From: Leidyana gryllorum EB-2025a | Taxonomy: Eukaryota > Protista > Apicomplexa | Reading direction: 5' to 3' | Length of the DNA: 64,000 nt | NCBI GenBank assembly: GCA_048772705.1 | Contig: JBLWGC010000121.1 | Location: 1 to 64,000, forward strand | Shown here: positions 48,761 to 58,671 of the stretch, one piece after another | Layout of the letters: each line of letters starts with the position of its first letter | Numbering within the stretch: the first letter of the stretch is position 1 | Notes under the pieces: generated by a model | Database searches by the model: none | The model's input: only the letters and a program-made list of their open reading frames with translations | Told to the model about the DNA's origin: nothing | Position numbers and translations under genes: made by a program

Positions 48761-50530
48761 ATGCCTTCCAGCCCTATTCCCGGACGAGACTTTCTGTACC
48801 GACACCTGCATGACCTCCCATCGCAATGCGACGCATCTGGGCGGTGCGCAATCTGCGAAACCCCACTACGCGGGAACTTCCTAGTCTTCCCCGTATGTGG
48901 CCATGGAGTGCACTTGCTTTGGTAAAGCATCAGCCCATTGAACTCTATACTCTCCCACATTAGCCTACAAGACCATAAACTGCATCACCCCAACAAGACA
49001 ACAGACAACCACCGATGCCCTATCTGCTCACAGTCTTTCCTGCCCCCCTCAGCGCGCTCGCACAAAGTCATCTTTGCCTCACCCCCCCACTTCCGTACTC
49101 GATCTGACATTGTGCAAACTGTTGACCTTGCCGCGAGAGCAGCCAGAAGCTCCATCTCCACATCGCGCAGTTCGGATGGCCTAAATGCGGCCATGAGTGC
49201 ACCCATATGTCATCCCTACTTCACCAAATCCCCACACCGCTCGGCGCACCCAGAGATGCCAGCCGACGACAATGAAACCTGTACTGAGGACGTACAAGAT
49301 GGCGGACTAGACACACCACAACAGAGACAGGTGATGCGGTTCCGCGTGAGTCACACCATGCCTCCACTCGCGAGTAACACTCCCCCACAGGCGGTGCAAA
49401 AACGTCTACGAACGCGCTTGGAAGCACAGAACGAGGCTCTGCTCCGATGGAAATCACTGAGTGAAACGTTGCAGGCTCAAAAGCGAGATCTCACCGTGAG
49501 ATTCATCACAATCATTAGATGTAAATGATCCCATAGGTGCAACTCAAGTTGGCGAACGAAGAAGTTTCCCGCCTCAATGAGATGGAGCGGCAAAGATCCG
49601 CCCATTTCCAAGCCGTGATGAGGCGTCATCGAGAAGAACTGCTGTGCGAAACTTCATTCTGGCGCGATCTCGCTGTTCAGTGCAGAAAAAGGCTCGAAAG
49701 CGAAGAGCGATCGAATGAGCTGATTCGCCAGCGGCTGCGCAACGAAAAACGACGCAACTCGTTGGTCTTATCTTCGTCGCGGCGTGACTTTTCACGCTTG
49801 GTTAAAGAGATCAAGTTGATGAAAACTGAGGTTAATCAGTGTAATTCAAAGTTGACCCGGCTGAGCGCTGAATTAGGTTATACAAAGAAGTGCTTGTCGG
49901 TGTTGGACGAAGGTACTCGATCAAGTGCCGGTACCCGAAGATGGCGTATTCCGGCAATTCAATCATCAGATATTTGAACTGGTTATAGTTGGCTCCTGCC
50001 TTGTGTGTCTGAGCCCGCGTCTCCACAGCACACACGTTTGTGCTTGAATATGTGTCTGAGTGGATGGCGATAGCTACTGCAGTTTTGTGCTATGTGTGTG
50101 GACTGGGGCTCCACCTTGCGCAAGGAGCGAAATTACGAGCAAGAAAGGCTGATCAGGGCACGCAGTACGCCAACCTCATGGAGTGGATGGGGTACCCGGC
50201 AAACCGGTTAAGTGAGTCCAGCCTCCCAGAACGGGTCTCAAGTTTTCACAACATCGTATAGCGGTCGAAGTTGAGCCGGGCGAGTCGTCCTACCAAGGTG
50301 AGAGTGATATGCAGTATCGATGACTGTATGTGGTGTTAGAGGAAAAGGAGTATGCGGAGCAACTGGTCGGTGATGGTGTGGGAGAGCCAAACTACTTCCT
50401 CACTGATGGCCCATTTCTACCCGAAGAGTTGCAGATGTTGTCAGCGAACATATTCATGCCGGAGATTTTCCCTCATCATGATGGACTGTACGGCCGATAT
50501 TCCCATCCTTTGAGCGGAGCACGTGAGTAG
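48761..50530 (+). CDS. RING-H2 plus coiled-coil protein, TRAIP-like (copy B), multi-exon
   Basis: ATG at 48761 gives ...CAICETPLRGNFLVFPVCGHGVHLLC/LQDH...CPIC across intron 48922-48963. A long coiled coil lies at about 49400-49900. The 3' end is uncertain. Confidence 0.75.
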
Positions 50531-50770
50531 GAGGAGATCAGAGCCCCCCACGTCTGGTCAGGTGTGGAGTACTTTTGTGGTTGCGGCAACGGATCAACGA
50601 GTTTAGATAAGGGGTGGAGATTGCCTTTCCCTGATTGTGTATGAAAGCCATTGGCGAGCGTGAGAGCTGTACGCGCCGTGGTTGTTTTTGTCGAGCGATA
50701 TAAAGGAGAGTTACTGGAGAACTACAAAAAAGAACGATGCACTGCGAGCATACGGAACAACTGATCTTTC

Positions 50771-51232
50771 CTAGCAGCACTCAAAAGGCTTGGGTTGTCT
50801 CCGACCAGGTCTTGGTCTAGAGGATATGAATTCAGCACCGTTCTCCTTTGTATGTTTGAGATACTGTTTCTTGAACTCCTCATGGGTGGCAGCGGTGGTA
50901 CCGGGTTGTTTGGCATATGTGACCGTAGTGAAAGCGTAGGGCTGTTCAGTAGGTCTGATAACTCCTGTAGATCCGGAGGTTATGAAGGGAGACCCAGCGG
51001 CTGCGTTGACGGGATTGGGTATGAGTGCGGGGGCGGGTGTTAATCCTTGACCGTAAGTCGGAGAGCCGCCGACGCTTATGGTATATTGAGGAGTGGCGGT
51101 GACATTATTGGTGTAGGCAGGGCCTGTGTATGCCGGTCCTGCAGATTGATCAACTGGGGTTGGGCTTTGATATGCACTTGGATTGTAGGCAGAAAGGCCA
51201 TAGCCTGAGGGTGCGGCACCGACAAACGCCAT
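50771..51232 (-). CDS. Small Pro/Tyr/Thr-rich protein with a basic C-terminus ending in CC
   Basis: Clean 153-aa ORF ending RPRPGRRQPKPFECC. Confidence 0.65.
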   Translation of the reverse strand: MAFVGAAPSGYGLSAYNPSAYQSPTPVDQSAGPAYTGPAYTNNVTATPQYTISVGGSPTYGQGLTPAPALIPNPVNAAAGSPFITSGSTGVIRPTEQPYAFTTVTYAKQPGTTAATHEEFKKQYLKHTKENGAEFISSRPRPGRRQPKPFECC

Positions 51233-51290
51233 ATGATGAATAAATTCTGCTCAAAAAGGCTGGAGTGTGTGTCTTTTTATTGTGTTGTAC

Positions 51291-52628
51291 TCAGGGAACC
51301 AACAGCGAGAATTGTTTCAGTTGGAAGGCAAGCAGGGGGTAAAAGGAGGCACACACGACCCGGTTGTCAAACAGACGTCCATTCAATTCGAATTGAGCTT
51401 TTCGGGCGGCTGTGGTATCAGTGTACTCCAAAAAGATCTGTTTAAGGGGGGGTTGAAACAACAAGAGTGATGATCAGCGCTCACCTTGCCACAACCGGTA
51501 TTGCTGTGAATGCTGCCACGCTCTTCTGGCATTGGGGCAATAACTGACTCCAGTTTACCGTACTTGGACGCTTCTTTCCTGACTTCCTCTATCAGCTCCT
51601 TCATCAGTTCCTCGCAGACCAAATCTTCAATGCGCACAATGTTCAGCAGCTGGACTATGCGTGTGGGATTCTCGCCCATATTCCGCCCGCTCCGCATCTG
51701 CACAGCGATCACCGGGTCAGACATGAGCTGCGCCGAAACGGAAACAGTAGCGGTCTCGGTGCCCGGGTGAAAGCTGTCTAAAGCGGGGAGGGGCACAGCA
51801 GACCCGTTCATGAGACGCGGCCTATCGAGCAGCAGCTGCGCAATTCGCAGTACGCTCGTTCCCACAGGAGCTCCGTTGAGTTTCTGTCAGAGGAGGATAT
51901 TCGCTGAAATCCACTCAATCAAGAAGGGCGCTTACCTGAACCACAGATTCATTGACCAACGAGTTGACTAAGGCTATTCTTCCGCACCCCTTGAAGAACC
52001 CATTATCTTTATAGGTCCAGAGCGACTCCAACGGCCCGCCCAGTGCCTCGAAGAGGGACCGTATCTGCGATATTCAAATGACGCAGCTGTGTGTGCGAGA
52101 GTATGACGTACATCGGATTCGGGGGTGTTGTGCGGCATCTCGGCGAATACAATGTATTTTCCGCGCCAGGCGGCCAGATGGGGTAAGGGTGATGGAATAG
52201 GATTATCGGTGGCGAAGGGGAAGCACATGAAGCTGGAGTCAGGAAGGCATTGTGGTAGGGTGACGCTGATCTGTACACCCTTAAATGAGCTGCCCGAAAC
52301 TCGTAAGGCGATGAAAGTCTCCTCAGCCCGCTTTATCTTGAGGAAAGCAACGCCTTCGTCAGCCGAAAAGTGTTCGACATCAGCAATAAACTTCTCGTCG
52401 GCAGCGAAGTCCGGCAAACCGTTGTCTTTGCGGTTCTTCCGGTCGTTGTCATTGAGCATATCGCGCATCCTGGCGTTGAACCACGCAGATAACTGGTCGA
52501 CCGTGAGCTCATACTCGCTAGATGACGGCAAATTCCCTTTTGTTCAACAAAGTAAATCCATCATAAGACCTCCACTCACCTACAAACACACGCCCAGGCA
52601 CTAACTCTTCCATCTTCACATCTTCCAT
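51291..52628 (-). CDS. Divergent U2AF65-like RRM/UHM protein, multi-exon
   Basis: RRM1 reads RVFVG/NLP. The UHM reads [12 protein letters not shown]...[16 protein letters not shown]...GCGK/FLEY...[20 protein letters not shown]. Confidence 0.75.
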
Positions 52629-52667
52629 GATGGATTGAGTGTAAAAAATTTCTTCTGGCCCAACTCA

Positions 52668-53538
52668 ATGTCCGCCAAAGACTCCGACGCTGCTATCTCC
52701 GATTGGGAAGACGAGGAAGTTGAGTCTGAGCCCGAGCCGGAGCCCCAGCCTGTGGCTGCCCCTAAAGCTAAGCCCAAGGCGGACCCTCGAACCTCACCTA
52801 AAGTCAATGCGGCCGGCTCCTACACAATCCCTGCCCATTTGCAGCATCCCTTGGATGACCCCGATGCTGAACGACAGCGACAGCAACTGTACGTTCTCAA
52901 TTATAATTCGCCAGGCTCAATCGACTATCGCTCACCGCAGGCTGGCCGAACACCGCGACATAGCTCTCGCCGGAGACATGTTCGGCGTCTCAGCAGATGA
53001 GATGGACGCTGTGAGTGTGGCTGTGATGTGAGCGAAAGTGACACTTTTCTTTCTTTTCTGCAGCGCTCTCAGATGCTGTTGACCGCAGTGCAAGCTGCCA
53101 GTGCTACCCATCAAGCCCCCAAATTGGACGGCAACCCATTGGATTACATCAATGTGGCACGCATGAACGACGTAGAGGCTCTCTGCAACGTCTTAGTGCC
53201 CAAGATTGAGATGTCGCAAGCCAAAAGCGCTACCTGGCTACGTATGTTAGACCGTCTGCTGGCCGCTTGTTCTTCCAAGATGGAGGTTCAAGACCTAAAG
53301 ACACTGTCTCGCAAAGTCAATGAGGCGCAGAAACAGCGCGAGAGGGACAAAAATCTCCAGGCTACCAAGTCAAAGAAAGGTACCGATCTGAAAGTCAATA
53401 TCAAGGACCCTCGCGGAGAGCTGGAAATCTTCGATGGCGATGACGACGAGGACAATTCGGTGAGATGACTCTGCATGTGCCTTCCTTCCAATCAAATTCT
53501 TATCCCAGGATTTCGATGAGTACGCAGACTTCGTTTGA
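52668..53538 (+). CDS. eIF3j: Translation initiation factor eIF3 subunit J, multi-exon
   Basis: Acidic DWEDEE N-terminus, ERQRQQ/RLAEHRDIALAGDMFG, DLKTLSRKVN and C-terminal DFDEYADFV. Confidence 0.8.
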
Positions 53539-53556
53539 AGGGCGCTAAGAATTGCT

Positions 53557-53811
53557 CTAAACGTCTGTATGTGGTCTCAGCGGGGTCCATTCATTGTTCA
53601 ATATGTCAGTGTCGCCTCCTTCGGTCGTAGGGTGTCGCCCGCGATTCGCGAGCAATTGCTGATGCCGCCGTCGCTGCCGGCTACGCTCTGACATGATGTA
53701 TGTCAAGGCGGCTATTGCCATCAGCCCTGCCATCAAGGATCCCACTATGATGAGCATATTAATGTAGGCTTGGGGGCCCCAATGAGTTTCTTCATGCCCG
53801 TAGTTCGCCAT
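53557..53811 (-). CDS. Small single-pass membrane protein
   Basis: One hydrophobic helix followed by a basic stop-transfer segment RSRQRRR. Confidence 0.5.
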   Translation of the reverse strand: MANYGHEETHWGPQAYINMLIIVGSLMAGLMAIAALTYIMSERSRQRRRHQQLLANRGRHPTTEGGDTDILNNEWTPLRPHTDV

Positions 53812-53824
53812 CACGCCGCATGTA

Positions 53825-55436
53825 CTAAGCAAACAACGTCAGAAATGTGCCAACCACATTGAAATACTCCTTTCTATGCCGCATCTCAATGTCATTGTGT
53901 CCGGCGTGCTCCGCTACCCAGCAAGACAGACGTCTCCCCCACCATCGTGCCAGTTGGTGATCCTTTTTTGCCTCCGAAGTTGCCGGGGACGCTCGCCGAC
54001 CCTCACTGTCCCACCAAAGATCCTTTAACACCGGGATTACAGTCTCTTCAAAGACGCCACGTGCTTGCTTATTAGGACTGCGGAGTAAAAATATGCCGAA
54101 CGTGGGCACACACGAGACGCGCGCACAGAATACAGGTACCACTCACCGGACAGGATCTTTAGCGAGCTCGAATAGCAGATTACAGTGCCACAAAGGCACA
54201 ATATTGTCTTGCGCGCCATGGATGAATTGAATTGGCCATGGGCAATGTGCCACCCTCTCGGCATTGATGAAAACATCCAACAAGGGGATGTGACTTGGAT
54301 CCTGCCATCCGGGAATTGCAGAGCCGCATCATCAGAACAGATAAACGCTTACGCCCAACAAAAGCCTAAGCCCTGACGCAAAGGCGGAGTGAAGAATAAC
54401 CGCAGCTACTGGGAACTCCAGTGGCCGAGCGGCTATGGCGCATGTCGCCATTGAACCAATGCTTTGTCCATAGAGAACGATACGATTTGGTGGCACCTTA
54501 AGACGGTTCACCACGAATTCATGTATCAATCTGTCCATCAGCATTAGAGTCGGTGAGAGCCCGTAGTCTACTCACGCCAAATTCGTTACAGCAATCTTGT
54601 CGGTTGTCTTGCCTTCGCTACACCCGTATCCAGTATAGTCATAAGCGAGTACATTCGCCTACAAGTCGAGCATGCAGTTTCAGTTGAGACTGAGAGTTCC
54701 TTACATTTACCCGCGCCGCCAACGTTATAAATCCTGTGATACTTTGACCGATGTCGGTAGAGTTCCTGGTACGAATCTAGGGCATCTATAGCTGTTTCTC
54801 ACCCGTGTGAGTATATGATAAAAGGGCGTTTAGAGAGAAATAGCGTATTTGGAGATCGGTTGGCATTAGGTGCCTCTTCGTCTAGGACTTGGTGGTCACG
54901 GTGCCAGATGAGTGCGAAGGCGACCGGAGGTGACGGTATTTTTGCAACCTTCCCAGCAAACAGCTATTATCACTATGCGCCGAGGACTCAAAATTCATAT
55001 AGATCTTACGCAGAGTTTCTCATCGGTCATTTGCATGACTACATCGGCAGCACTCAAACCATGGGGCGAGTCCTGCCTTGATATCACGAAGATTTGCGAG
55101 GATGTCTGATAGGGAACCCACCGGAGAGGTCAGTGTCATAGAACATGGTAATACATATAAGGAGGCCTCTTTGCCACAAGGGGGGAGCCATGATGGGGCA
55201 GTATAAGGCTTAGGTGATAAAGAACTAGAGAGAGGGGTCATGGTGTAGCGGGCAGGAGATGGCGGGAAGAAGGCCAGCTTGCGTAAAACACGATTTTTCT
55301 GGCCCAGCGTCCTCAAAATACCGAAACCGAAAACCAACGCTGCCCGAATCAACCTAGAGCCTTTCGCTGGTACCGGACCAGTTCCGGCGGCCATCACGGG
55401 TGCGGATGCCGACCGCTGCTCATACCGGCCAGCCAT
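53825..55436 (-). CDS. ABHD17-like alpha/beta hydrolase (putative depalmitoylase), multi-exon
   Basis: KLAFFPPSP, YSHG/NSTDIG, YDYTGYGCSEG, nucleophile motif GQSIG, IHGAQDNIVP and AGHNDIE. Confidence 0.88.
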
Positions 55437-55834
55437 TAAGTCCTGTACATTTGGAGTCGAATGCCGATTGAGGATCGATTATTAGGATTGCATAGATCAT
55501 GACATCGACATAGCGCGGGCGGGCTGGTTGAGTATGTGTGCAAATATTGAACACTGCACACACGTTCGATATTTACGTGGTACGTGAAGTGATTGAGTTT
55601 GTCATCTAGAGATGGGTGTAGTGAGAGTGGCACCTACTTTCTTTTTCGTCCGGACCCCTGAGTTAAAATCTTGATGTACAGACTCCGTATGTCGCCGCTT
55701 TGGGGAGCCGGCGTTGCGTGGAGTATAGGTAATACCATGATCGGTTACAAATCGGGCCACTGGAGGTTCGTCAGATTCAGTGGGTGAGGGCGGAAGCAAA
55801 TTCGCCCGGCCCATCAGGATATTTTTTTGACCAA

Positions 55835-57173
55835 ATGGGCGGACTTCGTACCATATTAGGTAAGGGATGGTGGCTGAGGAGGTGACTGACATGTTGTTTA
55901 GGGAGCTACGATGGCGCGATAGTAGGATACGAGATTGACAGGTCGATGCCGCGGCCTTTCTTAGCCGAAACGGCGCATGCTGTGAGTGATCTTGGTTTAT
56001 GGGTGGTTATATATTGTTTGTTCGGGTTTTAGAGTTATGTCTCTGCCATCAGCTCCTGCAGCTCGTTTACGGCGACGGCTGCATCCGACTGTATACAATT
56101 GTTTGACATAGAGAAGGGAGTCTCACTAGGCGAGTTAGCCCTTAATTCTGGGGTAACGCGCTGTTTGGCCTTCTTTGGGCTGGACGGGAACGACTCTGAA
56201 TATCTCCTGAGAGTGAGCTCAGAAGGCGATGCTCAAATCTGGAGGTCTAAAGACTGGACATCTATTGCGGAGAAATGCATTATCCACAAGAATGAGAGCG
56301 GTGTGACAGTATTGAGTGCAGCTTTGGACCCATGCAATCCTGTATCCCTTTTGGTACTTCTTTCGACTGGAGAAGTAGCCTTGTATGACGTTCATACAGG
56401 GAAGCGAATTAAGACGCTGATGAATAAGGCCACGACCGCTTTCAAGGTCACTTGGTCGACAGAAGGGCGCTTTGCCGTGATCTTGGCGGACCGAATGTGC
56501 CACTTGATGGATCTTCGCCAGGGACTGGGCACAGAAGTCCCCATTGAGAACGTCAGAGATCACTGTAAGTAGCGGCTTCGCCCTCTTTCTTTTTCTCAAT
56601 CTCAATCTCACTTTCTGCTCTCTTTCAGTTTCATGCGTCGTGGCGGGACGAGACATCCTGGTCGTGGGCACTGCAACTGGCAAAATGTTGCTGTACCGCA
56701 TATTTACTGCTGGTAGTCGCATTCACACTGAAGTTTGGTTACAGCTCGAGCATCCGCGAACGCTCCACCAAGAACCCAATAGGGTTAAGGCAATGTGTTT
56801 GGTGGAACCCCCTCGGGTGAGGCCGGCATCATCGGGTGTTGCACTTTTCACTTCTTTCTCTCATCAGAGTTTGTTGCGTTTGAGCGGTTTATTGATAGCT
56901 GCGAACGCGCAGGGGGATGTTTCATACTGGCGACTGTCCCCTCGCGAGAAGGGCGTTTGCTTGAAAAGCGTAATTCCTACCACCATGCGTATCACCGCAC
57001 TGGCGACCAATGCCACCCCGCTGAAGGGCATTTTCGCAGAAGCTCAGCCGCGGACGGATAGACCCCGCTTCAGACTATTCAGGAAACGTCATAGGTTCAG
57101 ATTACTTGCGCTAGCGCATGCCAGCCTGCGACAGCGGCGTGCCATTAAAACAATCGCCACCGGTAGCCCTTGA
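55835..57173 (+). CDS. WD40 protein, MAK11/PAK1IP1-like, multi-exon
   Basis: Spliced N-terminus MGGLRTILG/SYDGAIVGY, then IQLFDIEKGVSLGEL and EGDAQIWRSKDW. The C-terminus is basic. Confidence 0.65.
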
Positions 57174-57213
57174 ATCCGTATAAACAAACAAACTTAGCCC
57201 TATTTTCGAACCG

Positions 57214-58644
57214 ATGAAATCCTGGATCGTCCGTCACCCAACTAAGCGAGAAACTTGGGGAATCGAAACCTATGCCATAGCCCGTCAACTGGGCCAAGGA
57301 ACCTTCAGTACAGTCTATCTCGCCCTCGACACAGACCAGCTGAGATGGGTGGGCCTCAAGGTAGGTAACCGGCAACCCGGCAACGACGACGACGGCCACA
57401 CACAAACTCTGCACTTCAGGTCGTTGATCGAGTCGAGGCAGAGTGTCAGCAGACTGCTTACTTCCATCGAGACGGAAACGCCAGTTGGACCAATATGTGG
57501 GATAAGGTGAGCCCCAAAGATGCCCCCACCACTCACTCACTCACAGGGAGAGACGGAGATGAAGTGTCTGCGAACCCTCACCGACTGTCCTCACGTCGTC
57601 AAAGCTTATCGAGTGACCGAGGAGCCGACTCACCGACTGGTGGTCCTTCAGTACATTCCTTTCGAACCGTTGATGTGGTGTCAGGAGTCAAAGGAGTACT
57701 TTGTCCCCGAGGCCTGCGTGGAGTCTCTACCCTTGGACAAGCCGACAGAGGGCCCGTGCAAGTTGGTTCTGACCGAAGAGGGACTGCTTTGGTGGGCTGA
57801 AGAGGTAAGCGGCACGCACTTCTCACACCTCAATCCGCCTCCCTCGACGCGTCTCCAGTTGCTGGCCGCTTGTAAGGAGCTGCACTCCCACAATGTCACT
57901 CATAAGGACATCAAACCGGACAACCTGAGACTGACGCGCCAATGGCCGCGGGAATACGTCCGATGGCTGAAGCGATCTGAGGAGGCCACTCCCTTTAACA
58001 TTTCAGAGGCCCTTCCGACCCTCGAGTATGACGAGATGTGTGGGTTGCCCATCACGGACGAGTGTGCGGGGGCACGAAGTGTGTGGGCCACGTCTCCTTG
58101 GGACGAGCCGGAGGATCGGCGAGGCTGTGAAGAAACTCCGCTGCCGGAAAGCTCTAAAGTGCCGGATTTGTACGAAACTCAGCTGAAATTACAGTGTCAA
58201 GTGATCGACTTTAACACGGCAACAATCACATCTGACTGTGAGATCTGGGACGCCGAGGGCACCAACTGTTTCACACCGCACGAGGCCTTCATGCGACCGA
58301 ACCCTGATGAGAGAGTCTTTGATGGCAAAGCGCGGGACCTTTGGTCCGTTGGCTGCTGTCTGTACGCAGGGGCGTGTGGTGTGCTCCCCTTCTGGTGGGT
58401 CTCTCTCCCATCTCTTCGTTCGCCAACTTGTGTGTTCTTTGCCCGCCGCAGGGGCGAGATTCCTTTCGCGTTACAGGTGGCCATCTTGAAGGGCGACATG
58501 ACGTGGGACCGCCCCGGATTGACCGATCTGTCGTCTGAGCCGTTGTTAAAGTTGATGAAGGGTTTGCTCTCCCGAGCTCCCACTGAACGGATAGAGGCTG
58601 CCGACGAATATCTGAAATACCGATCGACAGCAAAGGTGCAATAG
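57214..58644 (+). CDS. Ser/Thr protein kinase, CaMKK-like, multi-exon
   Basis: LGQGTFSTV, VGLK, HKDIKPDN, DFN (in place of DFG), GTNCFTPHE and DGKARDLWSVG. Confidence 0.85.
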
Positions 58645-58671
58645 GAAAGGTGCAAGTCGGCTGCGACAGAA

